Assembly (NCBI GenBank): GCA_963844715.1
Contig: CAWJPJ010000006.1
Coordinates: 736,001-800,000, forward strand
Direction of reading: 5' to 3'
DNA from: an uncultured Phycisphaerales bacterium
GTDB taxonomy: Bacteria > Planctomycetota > Phycisphaerae > Tepidisphaerales > Tepidisphaeraceae
DNA: 64,000 bases
Shown: piece by piece, positions 11,961 through 21,942 of the stretch
Numbering within the stretch: position 1 is the first letter of the stretch
How the letters are laid out: each line of letters opens with the position of its first letter
Made by a program: the position numbers and the translations under genes
Notes under the pieces: generated by a model
The model's input: only the letters and a program-made list of their open reading frames with translations
What the model was told of the DNA's origin: nothing
Database searches by the model: none

Positions 11961-13231
11961 ATTAGCAAAACCGCCACCATCACCATCGACGGCAAGTCTT
12001 ATGAATTCCCGATCATCGTCGGCACCGAGGGGGAACAGGCCATCGACATTACCGACCTCCGCGCCAAAACCGGCCTGATCACCTTCGACCCGTCCTACGG
12101 AAACACCGGCTGCTGCACCAGTTCCATCACCTTCATCGACGGCGAAAAAGGAATCCTCCGCTATCGCGGCATCCCCATCGAAGAGCTGGCCGAAAAATCC
12201 ACCTTCATCGAAACCGCGCAGCTCCTGATCTTCGGAAAAATGCCCACCGAGGAGCAAATCCACCGCTTCAGCGAGCGGCTGACCCGAAACGCCCCGCTTC
12301 ACGAAGGTTTCAAGCACCACTTCGAGGCCTTCCCCGTCGACGCCCCGCCGATGGCGATGCTCTCGGCGATGATCAATTCCCTCTCCTGTTTCCATCAGCA
12401 GTTTATCAGAATCGAAGATGAGGACATGTTCGAGGAAATCGCCGCCCGCCTCATCAGCAAGGTGCGAACGATCGCGGCGTATTCCTATCGCATGTCCTGC
12501 GGCATGCCCTACATCTCGCCCGATCCAAAAATGAAATACGTCCCCAACTTCCTGCACATGATGTTTTCGCAGCCTTACGATCAGTATTTCGCCTCGCCGG
12601 AAGTGGATCGCGCCCTCAACCTGATTCTTCTCCTCCATGCCGATCACGAGCAGAATTGCTCGACCTCAACCGTTCGCGCCGTCGGCTCCAGCAAGGCGAA
12701 TCTGTTCGCCTCCATCGCCGCCGGCGTCAACGCCCTCTGGGGCCCGCTGCACGGCGGCGCCAACGTCGCCGTTTTGGAAATGCTCGAGCAAATTCAATCC
12801 GGCAGAATCAAGCCGCAGGATTATGTCCGCCTCGCCAAAGACAAGGGGAGCGGAATTCGATTGATGGGATTCGGACACCGCATTTATCGAAATTTCGACC
12901 CGCGCGCAAAATCCTGAAGAACGCCGCGGAAAAAGTGCTGGCGCAACTCAAAGTTTCCGATCCGCTTCTGGAAATCGCCCAGGAATTGGAAGCAATGGCA
13001 CAAAGCGACCCCTATTTCATCGAGCGAAAGCTTTATCCCAACGTCGATTTTTACAGCGGAATCATCATGAAGGCGATCGGACTCCCGGTGAATATGTTCA
13101 CCGTCATGTTCGCGATGGGGAGAATGCCCGGCTGGATCGCGCAGTGGAAAGAACAACACGATGATCCAACGACGCGAATCGCCCGCCCGCGGCAAATTTA
13201 TGTGGGGCCGACGAAACAAACTTTGAGTTAA
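11961..13231 (+). CDS. gltA: Citrate synthase (frameshift ~12910; apparent ATT start)
   Basis: [52 protein letters not shown] and RPRQIY motifs. Confidence 0.95.
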
Positions 13232-13288
13232 GGTCTTCGCGGGCGGGAATTCGCGGAACTTTGCCGACTCTCGCGCGTCTAAACGGGG

Positions 13289-14513
13289 ATGAAGGGATTT
13301 GCCTTGAAAATAATCCCCCTGCTTCTGGCTCTCCTTTGCTTTCCTGTCTTCGCTTGGGCCGATGCGCCGGTGAATCCTTCGGATAATCTGGCGGGTGATA
13401 TGAATCGATTTGCGTTTGATCTTTATCCTAAAACGGGTGATCCGAATGCGAATCTCATCTTCAGCCCTTACAGCATTCATCTCGCCCTGGATATCGTCGT
13501 GGCGGGCGCACGCGGCGATACGCTTTCGCAAATGCAATCGGTGCTGCATTTATCCGCAAACGATGCAACGCTTGCGTCGGCGGCGGGAAAATTGATGGAC
13601 TCTCTCCAATCGTCCGGCGAATCCGGGCCGATTGTGAAAATCGCCAACGCGCTCTGGTCGCAACTCGGGGTGAACTGGAACGCCGCTTACTTCGATTCGG
13701 TGCAGAAAGACTACCGGGCGAAACTCGCGTCCCTCGACTTCAATGACACGGAGGCGGCGCAAGACCATCAACGATTGGGTGGCTGCTCAAACGAACGACA
13801 AGATTCAAAATCTACTCGGCAAGGGCTCGATTCAGCCGCATGTTACCAAGCTGATCATCACCAATGCGGTGTATTTCAAAGGGGATTGGCTCCTGCCTTT
13901 TGACGCGAACCATACTTCGAATTTTCCGTTCCATGTGCGGGGCGCGGCGGAAACGACGCCGGCGGCGACCATGCACCAAACGGCGCAGGTGGGGTATATG
14001 GAGAACGATTCGTTCCAGGCGATCGAGTTGCCGTATGCGCATTCGAATCTCGCGATGCTGATCGTGCTGCCGAAGGCAACTGATGGATTCCCTGCCGTGG
14101 AGGCGCATCTTGATACGGATTTGCTAGGGACGATCGATAAGGGACTGGGGAACGATCGGGTGGCGATTGCGCTGCCGAAGTTCAAGTTCGCGGCGTCGCT
14201 GGACCTGGCGCAGCCGCTGACGGAGCTGGGGATGAAAGCCGCGTTTGATCCCTCGGCCGCGGACTTCTCCGGCATGGATAACCAGCGCGATCTGTATGTG
14301 TCAGGCGTGGTGCATCAGGCGTATGTGGCGGTGGATGAGAAAGGAACGGAGGCGGCAGCCGCGACGGGGATCATGGTGGGAGCGACGGCGATCATCATGC
14401 CGCCGCCGCAGGAGTTCAGGGCGGATCACCCCTTTATCTTCGCTATACGCGATAAGCAGACTGGGGCGATCATGTTCCTAGGCAGGGTTGTAGACCCCGC
14501 TAGCGGGGAATGA
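13289..14513 (+). CDS. Secreted serpin (serine protease inhibitor), frameshift ~13760
   Basis: Signal peptide, NLIFSPYSI, NAVYFKGDW, hinge DEKGTEAAAAT and FRADHPFIFAIRD. Confidence 0.93.
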
Positions 14514-14553
14514 CTAAGGTTAAATGACGAATTTTAAATGGGGGAAAGGCGGG

Positions 14554-14598
14554 CCCTTCGACGGAGCTCCCTTCGACTTCGCTCAGGGCAGGCAGGGC
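14554..14598. repeat. Nested REP-like palindromic element
   Basis: CCCTTCGACGGAGCT[CCCTTCGACTTCGCTCAGGGCAGG]CAGGGC: one copy lies inside another. Confidence 0.6.
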
Positions 14599-15017
14599 CG
14601 GCCGAAGGATGCATAAGTAAGCGCTTTTGAAATTCGCGGGCGCGCTTCGTTTGGGGTAACCTGTTGTGGGATAATTAGTTAAGTTTAATCCATGGTCTCC
14701 CCTGTCGATATGCGCGCATACCTACGCCAGAAGAGGGCAACGGGTGATCAGGTGAGCCGGTGAGGGAGCGAGGCAGTCGCCGCGGCAATTGGGTTCCGGC
14801 TGGGGTTTGTTGAATGTTCAACAAACGATAATTGCGCGACGCAATCTTTGCCGCACCGGTACTCGCCGGAGATAATTTAAGGATATATTGCATCGATCAA
14901 CGTCAGTCCGTGTCCCGGGAGAGGCGCGTCGCATTTTAATCCGTCGAACAATCGCTCAATAATTGACCAGCGTAGCGCGGTTGGGCTATGTTCCCTAGAA
15001 ATCAGGTAGCGATCCGA

Positions 15018-16715
15018 ATGGAATTGGACAAAATCTATAATAAGGATTGTGTTTCGGGGATGTCGCGGCTGGCGGCGGGAAGCGTGGATCTCGCCTTTGC
15101 CGATCCTCCGTTCAATATCGGGTACAAATACGACGTTTATGAGGACCGTCTGGCGGCGGACAAATACTTGAATTGGACGAGGGAATGGGGCGCGGCACTC
15201 ATTCACGCGCTCAAGCCGACGGGAACTTTCTGGCTTGCGATCGGGGACGATTTCGCGGCCGAATTAAAGTTGCTGTTCCAGCGCGACTTGGGGCTTGTCT
15301 GTCGTAGCTGGATCATTTGGTATTACACGTTTGGCGTAAACTGCAGGCAGAAGTTCAGCCGCAGCCACACGCACCTCTTCCATTTTGTTAAGAACGCGAA
15401 GGAATTCACGTTCAATGTGGATGCGATTCGAGTGCCGTCGGCGCGGCAATTGGTATATGGAGACGCGCGGGCTCATTCGAAAGGGCGGCTTCCGGACGAC
15501 ACTTGGATTCTTCGTCCCCAGGATGCAGCGGAAAGCTTTTCGCCTGAGGAGGACGTTTGGTACGTTCCACGCGTATGCGGCACATTCAAGGAACGTGCCG
15601 GATGGCACGGTTGTCAGATGCCTGAGCAGTTGCTGGGGCGCATCATTCGGGCGTGTTCAAATGCTGGGGAAACGGTGCTGGACCCGTTCGGGGGGAGCGG
15701 AACGACTCTGGCGGTGGCCAAGAAGTTGGGGCGTCGATTCATCGGATTTGAGTTGTCGAAAAGTTACTCGCGGCAGATCGAAATACGGTTAAAAGGCGCG
15801 AAATTCGGTGATGCCTTGCTGGGCGCGGAAGAACCGAAAGTGGTTCCCGGCCTCGCACGAGTGCGCAAGAGCGAAGAAAAGGCCACGCAAGCGCCGGATT
15901 TAAAGCCGCTGACGAAACGATCCAACGCCGAAGAGGTTAACCGCGGGATTATGGAGGCATTTTTTTCCACGCGGCAGGGCTTTCCCGTCGATCGGGTAAT
16001 CGCCGATCCCGAGCTAAACGAGGAATTTGTGGGGATATGCGGGCGACTTGGTCTGCCTGGGAGGGCCTTCGATTGGAATCAGCGGCTGATGAACTTGCGT
16101 AAGGCCGGGCATTTGAAGGGCATCCCTCACTCGCTGCGCACGACGTTTCCGCTGGAGGACAGGCAGTTCTACCGTTACAAGTTTGCCTGCGAGATCGCGA
16201 TACAAACATTCGAGCAGGCGGGGAAGACGACGCTGGACCAGGTTTTGTGCGATCCCGAAATGGCCCGTGACTTTGATCAATACGTTCGCAAGATGCTCCC
16301 CGACCCAGACCAACCTACTTCCCTGATGATACGGTGGTTCGCACTGCGAATTCGCAAGGCGGCGCACCAGATTTCCCAGGCGTCAGCCAAACTCGGAAGC
16401 GTTATCGAGATTTCCCGCGATAGGGAGAATCCGTTCTCGTTGAATTGCTCAAAAGTGCCGGAGTCGCCGGGTTTGTATTGGTTGCACGATAAGAGCAACC
16501 ACCTGTATGTGGGTGAGACGGATAATCTTCGCGAGCGAATGGAGATTCAATTCGGGCACAAGAAATTCGATTTCTGGAAAGCTTCGCTCGGCGAGTTGCA
16601 AGTGGCCTATAAAACGGTGGATGTCCCGGACGGCGTTCTTCCGCGACATCAATCTCGTTGGATCTCCAGTTGGAGCCCCATTGGAAACTACGCGAAGCTG
16701 GCAGCGTCGAAATGA
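15018..16715 (+). CDS. Beta-class N4/N6 DNA methyltransferase fused to a duplicated helical domain and a C-terminal GIY-YIG-like domain
   Basis: DPPF (motif IV) precedes DPFGGSGTT (motif I), with HGCQMPEQLL between them. C-terminus reads PGLYWLHDKSNHLYVGETDNLRER. Confidence 0.9.
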   Translation: MELDKIYNKDCVSGMSRLAAGSVDLAFADPPFNIGYKYDVYEDRLAADKYLNWTREWGAALIHALKPTGTFWLAIGDDFAAELKLLFQRDLGLVCRSWIIWYYTFGVNCRQKFSRSHTHLFHFVKNAKEFTFNVDAIRVPSARQLVYGDARAHSKGRLPDDTWILRPQDAAESFSPEEDVWYVPRVCGTFKERAGWHGCQMPEQLLGRIIRACSNAGETVLDPFGGSGTTLAVAKKLGRRFIGFELSKSYSRQIEIRLKGAKFGDALLGAEEPKVVPGLARVRKSEEKATQAPDLKPLTKRSNAEEVNRGIMEAFFSTRQGFPVDRVIADPELNEEFVGICGRLGLPGRAFDWNQRLMNLRKAGHLKGIPHSLRTTFPLEDRQFYRYKFACEIAIQTFEQAGKTTLDQVLCDPEMARDFDQYVRKMLPDPDQPTSLMIRWFALRIRKAAHQISQASAKLGSVIEISRDRENPFSLNCSKVPESPGLYWLHDKSNHLYVGETDNLRERMEIQFGHKKFDFWKASLGELQVAYKTVDVPDGVLPRHQSRWISSWSPIGNYAKLAASK

Positions 16716-17495
16716 AGGACGACCCGGTGAAGGTGGCGTTTCAGGAGATTCGAGAAGGTCGATCTCCCGAATTTGTGATCTGCGATCCAGCATTCAACGA
16801 ACGATTTCTCGCGGCAAGCCGGCGCACTGGGGGTGGGAGGAAGTGACGGGGAAATCAATACGTGATTGCTCAATCTGCGCAAGCGGAACAAACTGAAAGA
16901 TTGTCGAACGACTTATCGCAAGAAGACCGATTCCAATCGCCGCCACTATCTGAATCTGGTTTCGAACGTAATTCGGTTGGTCGAGAGGCAGTTCGGGAAA
17001 ACCGTCGACAACGTCATTTGCGATCCCGAGATGAGATCGCAGTTTGACGCGATGATCAAGTTCTTAAGTCCCAGCGCTTCACCTTTCGAAGCTGAATATA
17101 CGGCACTTAGTCTACGGAAAACCAATCGGCTTAAGCCCGAGCCAGTGGGACAAATCATTGGCGCGGTGACCAGCAACATCGTCGGTTTGGCGGATTTGGA
17201 ACCCCGACTAATTGAGGTTCCGAAGAATCCCGGCGTATACGTATTTTTCGACGAGGACACCACCTTTTACATCGGAAAAGCGGACGATTTGAAGCGGAGG
17301 ATAGGCGGCCATATCTCGTCCTGGACCTATCGAGAGATGATCCATCAGATTCGCAAGAAGCTCAGGCCCGACGCCTTTGTCGCATACCACGAGCTTCCCG
17401 TAACAATCTCGCCCAGAGAGTTGGCTGCATATGAAACGGAACTGATTCGGTCCAGAAAGCCGCAACATAATCGCGCCGGCCGGCTTGGCGAATAA
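16712..17495 (+). CDS. GIY-YIG nuclease paralogous to the C-terminal half of the upstream MTase (frameshift ~16820 and in-frame TGA at 16863; possibly a pseudogene)
   Basis: ATGA overlap with the MTase stop. PGVYVFFDEDTTFYIGKADDLKRRI and AYETELIRSRKPQHN motifs. Two VICDP repeats and LNLRK match the MTase linker. Confidence 0.8.
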
Positions 17496-17506
17496 TTGGG
17501 GGACTT

Positions 17507-17863
17507 GTGAAAAGCATCGCGAAGAAATCGCTTGAGTTCACCAGCTTGTTTGAAGCAGAGCTTCTCGTTGGCCTTTTGCTTTGGAAATGGGGGCACCCTC
17601 TCGCAGGTGACGAAGAATTTGCCAACACCCTGCTGGAGGAGGCATCCATCGCGCTTCGAGAGGCAATGGCCGGGAAGCAACTCATTGAGTCCGTGCCGGC
17701 AAGCCAGTTGAATTTCGTCGCCGCGGTTTGGTATGCGGAACAGTGCGGGATAGAACGAGTGGATGAATCAAAAATGGTCGAGTCAAGGCGAGCCTGGCTC
17801 TCGGCGGTCCGACGTGCGTTGCCGTCTTGCTTCTGCGATCCGTCTGACCTTCCCCCTTCCTAA
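17507..17863 (+). CDS. Hypothetical protein (118 aa), third gene of the MTase/GIY-YIG operon
   Basis: GTG start 11 nt after the previous stop, preceded by GGGGA; same strand; plausible helical protein. Confidence 0.65.
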   Translation: MKSIAKKSLEFTSLFEAELLVGLLLWKWGHPLAGDEEFANTLLEEASIALREAMAGKQLIESVPASQLNFVAAVWYAEQCGIERVDESKMVESRRAWLSAVRRALPSCFCDPSDLPPS

Positions 17864-17888
17864 TAATCGGCCGTCACATGGTGTGCGG

Positions 17889-18032
17889 CCGCGAGAGTGG
17901 TGGAGCAAGTGCGCAGTTGGACAGTGGAAAAGATAACACCCTCCGGTCCTCCGGAAACTAGCGGAGACCTGTGGGACGGGGCGCGTTCCGCGAGAGCACC
18001 GGAGCGGGTGAACAGTTGAACAGTGGAGAAGA
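17889..18032. repeat. Imperfect 45-bp direct repeat pair (17889-17933, 17988-18032)
   Basis: CCGCGAGAG....GGAGC..GTG..CAGTTG.ACAGTGGA.AAGA; 35/45 identical by manual alignment. Confidence 0.7.
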
Positions 18033-18042
18033 CGCTCGATGC

Positions 18043-18209
18043 TAGAGCGGTTTGCGGCTCCACGTGGCGAGCCAGTTGGCCTCGGCTGCAACGGAGGCAA
18101 GGATGAGCGGCGAAGCGTATCAGAAAATCAGATACGTTGAGCCGCGAAGACGCGGCATCCGTTGCAGCCGTGGACAAATGGCCGCTACGCGGAGCCGCAA
18201 ACCGCTCTA
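18043..18209. mobile_element. 167-bp MITE-like hairpin element with TA termini
   Basis: TAGAGCGGTTTGCGGCTCC at the left end and its exact reverse complement GGAGCCGCAAACCGCTCTA at the right end. Imperfect pairing continues for ~55 bp, plus an inner GCGGC..CGTATC/GATACG..GCCGC stem. Confidence 0.75.
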
Positions 18210-18286
18210 ATCCCCGCCCGTCCTGCGGAAACTAGTGGAGGACCGGGGGAAGGAGGATGAGGAACTCTGGGCCAGGAAAAAGAGAT

Positions 18287-18308
18287 CCGGTGCAACAAGT
18301 TGCACCGG
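18287..18308. repeat. REP-like palindrome CCGGTGCAAC-AA-GTTGCACCGG, copy 1 of 4
   Basis: Perfect 10-bp inverted repeat followed by CTTCGC. Other copies at 22963, 41408 and 53478. Confidence 0.85.
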
Positions 18309-18326
18309 CTTCGCGGGAGGGCGGGT

Positions 18327-19355
18327 TCAGTTCGTCCTAATCGCGGCGGCTCTGCGTCGGGCCAGGACTGCCGGGGCGGCGAGCAAGACAAGCGAAAGCG
18401 AGGTTGGTTCCGGAACGGTGACTTCAAAACTGTGGGTATCGCCGGTGGTGTCAAGGTACTGCCCCACCACGACGTTGCCGTCAATTCCCCCGAGGTAGGT
18501 GCCGCCAATCACTCCAGCCAATCCGCCGAGGAAGATGTCGCCCTCGGCGGGCAATGCCAACGGGTCGTCCACGGTGGTGAAGGTTCCGCCGTCGTCCAAA
18601 AAGCCGTGGACGCCGGCGGCGTCGAGATACGATCCGGTGATGGTGCTGCCGGATAGGCTAAAGACATTTGTATCCACGGCCGATGGAAAATCGATCGTGG
18701 TGTACGTCCCGGCGCTGATACTGTAGGCGAAGCCGTTGTGATACCCAAAATGAACAGACGTCGAATCGCCGAAATCTCCGACGGCGGTGTCGCCGGCGAC
18801 ACCGAGCAGTACGGTTCCCCTGTCCGGAGTAGCCGACGGATCGTCCACGGTGGTATAAACGCCGGTAAGAGAATCGTAGATAAATCCATGGTCGACGCCC
18901 GATTTATCGAAGTATGCACCAACGATGGTATTGCCGGAGACTCCCAGCGCCTCTGTGCCGCCAACCACCGCCGACGCAGGACCGGCAATCGGCGTATAAA
19001 TGCCGCTGGTAATGTTGTAACTGAAGGAGAATACGGAAGTATCTGGGAGCGAATAAAACCCGACCACGGTGTTGCCGGAAATGCCTATCGTGTACGTCGA
19101 TCCGCCGGTGCCTTCCGCCGGGTCATCCAGGGTGGTGTAGGTGCTGCCATTGTAGAGGAATCCATGTCCGATGTTGGAGGAATCGAGGTAGACCCCGCTC
19201 ACATAGCTGCCGCTGATGCCCTCGGCCAAGGTGCCTTGGCCATTGGCGGTACCGGCTGATGGGTCATCCAATTCGGTGAATGTAAACCCGGCGGCAGCCG
19301 GCCTGGGGAGGACCACCAAAAACGCCAACGAAAGCAGAAAGATGAGTTTTCGCAT
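18327..19355 (-). CDS. PEP-CTERM protein with short beta repeats (HGF..Y...YTTLDDP)
   Basis: Signal peptide; C-terminus VPEPTSLSLVLLAAPAVLARRR. Confidence 0.9.
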   Translation of the reverse strand: MRKLIFLLSLAFLVVLPRPAAAGFTFTELDDPSAGTANGQGTLAEGISGSYVSGVYLDSSNIGHGFLYNGSTYTTLDDPAEGTGGSTYTIGISGNTVVGFYSLPDTSVFSFSYNITSGIYTPIAGPASAVVGGTEALGVSGNTIVGAYFDKSGVDHGFIYDSLTGVYTTVDDPSATPDRGTVLLGVAGDTAVGDFGDSTSVHFGYHNGFAYSISAGTYTTIDFPSAVDTNVFSLSGSTITGSYLDAAGVHGFLDDGGTFTTVDDPLALPAEGDIFLGGLAGVIGGTYLGGIDGNVVVGQYLDTTGDTHSFEVTVPEPTSLSLVLLAAPAVLARRRAAAIRTN

Positions 19356-19421
19356 TTGCCTCTCCCGAAAAAAGATGTTCCTCCATCAGTCGAGAGAACT
19401 AAATGTGAAGCGAACCATAAC

Positions 19422-20211
19422 CTAATGGTCCGCGTCGCCTTTAGTTCGTCCCCTCCGTCGCGCCAGGACTGCCGGGGCGGCGAGCAATACGAGGGAAAGC
19501 GTGGCCGGTTCCGGGACGGCGGTGGTCGTCACGCCCACGGTCGTGAAATCGACGGCCCAACCATCTCCACCGTTGCCGCCTTCGTCGATGGAGAGGGTCA
19601 AAACATTTGAAGGGCCCAAGGTCGAGGGCGAGATGCCAAGCGTGACGTATTGCACTATTGGCCCGGATTGGTCGAGCGACTCCAGCAAACTGGTTAACGC
19701 CGGAGGCGCTGGCGCCGTTGAGCGTTATGTTGAAGGGCTGTCCAAAAACGGGAAACTCAAAATTGTCGGCGGCAATACCAAGGGTCACGGTCTGAATCGT
19801 TGAATCGGCTGGCACAAGAGAACTGTAGTCCATGGTAATGACATCCGGCCCGCTGATTCGGTCAGGAGAGGACGAATATCCGTCATCGCTCGCGGTTTGG
19901 ACGCTGCCGACGTAGATTTGGTCGGTGCCGGGAAAATCACCAGGCGAGGGCGTAAAGGGAAAAGTATGCGCGTACGATTTCGTCGCCAGACTGCTGACGT
20001 TCGGCGCCAAACCGATTTTCGTGGCCCCGGCGGTCGGATCGTCGGTGCCATAGGCGCCGGTCCCGAGGGCATCTTCGGTGCCGTAGGTTTGTACGCCATC
20101 CGCATGAGCTACGGCAGGCCGCAATATCAAGGGAACGGCGGCGAGCAATAAACCCATCGCGGAAAGCGAAGAAAAGTTCAAAAACGAGAAGTTTTTTGAA
20201 ACGGCAAGCAT
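19422..20211 (-). CDS. PEP-CTERM protein (frameshift ~19690)
   Basis: Signal peptide ending AVAHA; C-terminus VPEPATLSLVLLAAPAVLARRR in ORF 19422-19688. Confidence 0.85.
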
Positions 20212-20763
20212 TATCTTCTCTCGAATCGAAGTGAAGATGATCTGCCGGAAATCAAAGCAACACGATTTCCACCGATCCGGCGTCGCATCACACTCCCGCC
20301 GGCAAGTTGCAATTTCCCTGCCCTTTCGCGTGTTTGGGAACGGGTATGTTCGGACGTGACAATACGAACATCGCGAGAAGGCTTGCAAGGAAATTTGCGC
20401 GGGTTTCAGCTGGAAAACACGTTAAATCTTGCGCGACTTCCTTGCTGCAACCGGTCATTTTGGGAGGCGCATAGTGTGAGCCGAGACGACCAAGGCGTGA
20501 TCTGTCGCAAGAGCCTCCAAGGATGGCGCAAACGATCACTCAACCACCTGGCAATTTAGGCAAGAAATTGGGGGGCGCGATCGCTCTCGGGTTGACCGCG
20601 CTATTCGTGTGGCTCAGTAGTAAAAGTTTTTTTTGTGGCCTGCGAGGTTCTCCTGATCGCGAAATTTATTGGAATCATAGCGCGGGGCTTGATCTTTCGG
20701 GGCTAGGATTTTGGCAGCATCTGGGGGGATCGGTTTTCATTTCGTGTAAGGAAGGAGCCTGTC

Positions 20764-21942
20764 ATGATTCGGAATCGGCGTGCTATCATCGAACAATTGG
20801 AATCGCGGACGCTGCTTAGCGTCAATATTGGCGGGGAATTTTTGAACCTCGCGGTCACGGACCCGGCGGCGCTGGCTCCGGTGGCGGCGCCGGGGTTGGG
20901 GGTGAACATTCGTGCCAGGGCGGGGGTTCCGTTTACGAAGGAGGTTGCGTTTTATGCGTCGCCGGAGGTGACGACGGGGACGTTTACGGCGACGATCGAC
21001 TGGGGGGATGGCGTGACGTCGGCGGGTGTGGTGACGTACGGGGCGGAGGGGAACAAGCCGGGGTATGAGATCATGGGGTCGAGCGTTTACGCGGAGGCGG
21101 GGTTGTTCCGGGTCACGACGGTTTTGTCTTTGACGAGCAGCCCGGTGGGTGCGGCGGCGTCCGCGCCGTCAACGACGTCGGTTGTCGCGACGATTCACAG
21201 TGATGCGGTTGTGTCGCCGCTGGCGCGGGTGTCTCCTTTGGGCGTGACGTTAACGGAGGTGGCGGGACAGGGATTTACGGATGATGTGGGAGCGGTGTTC
21301 CTGCCGGCCGTGCAGAATGAGATTTTTACGGCGACGATCAACTGGGGGGATGGGACGACGTCGGCGGGGCAGCTCGCCCCAACGACTATCACCAATGCGA
21401 CAGGTGAGACGGAGTATGAAATCATCGGCGGGCACACGTATTCTCAGAATGGGACCTATCCGGTGCGGATTGTGGTGGATGAGACGCCGGCGGCGGTGGG
21501 TAGCGCGGCGACGGAATTTGATGTCATCCATAGCCGGATCATTGTGCAGACGGGGATTTCGCTGGCGGGGACGATCACAGGGACGTACAGGCTCTTCGAC
21601 GACAATCCCATCCGGGGTATAGGGTACGGCTTCACGGGGAGCGGGACGGCCGGGGCTTTGGGGGCGGTGACGCTGAGCGGAACAATTACCACCCCTGGCA
21701 CGATCACCACACCGCCCGAGGCCACCGGAAGAATAACGCTCAGCAATTCGAGTGGTTCGGTGACACTGCAATTGACCGGGCCGACGGAAAGCATACTGGG
21801 GCCAATCCCGGATACGATGAGTTACAAAATTCTGAGCGGGACCGGCGCCTACTACGAGGAGACGGGGAGCGGGACGATTGCGATCACCGCGCCGCCGTAC
21901 GTAGGGGGACCGCCGGTGCCGTTTACGTTTGTGATTAGTTGA
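20764..21942 (+). CDS. Planctomycete-type secreted protein with two PKD-like repeats
   Basis: IEQLESRTLLS motif, FTATIDWGDG and FTATINWGDG; AAGGAG RBS. Confidence 0.85.
   Translation: MIRNRRAIIEQLESRTLLSVNIGGEFLNLAVTDPAALAPVAAPGLGVNIRARAGVPFTKEVAFYASPEVTTGTFTATIDWGDGVTSAGVVTYGAEGNKPGYEIMGSSVYAEAGLFRVTTVLSLTSSPVGAAASAPSTTSVVATIHSDAVVSPLARVSPLGVTLTEVAGQGFTDDVGAVFLPAVQNEIFTATINWGDGTTSAGQLAPTTITNATGETEYEIIGGHTYSQNGTYPVRIVVDETPAAVGSAATEFDVIHSRIIVQTGISLAGTITGTYRLFDDNPIRGIGYGFTGSGTAGALGAVTLSGTITTPGTITTPPEATGRITLSNSSGSVTLQLTGPTESILGPIPDTMSYKILSGTGAYYEETGSGTIAITAPPYVGGPPVPFTFVIS

Noticed and set aside
17889..18032. Mini-CRISPR formed by the 45-bp direct repeats
   Set aside because: There are only two copies at 78% identity and no cas genes.
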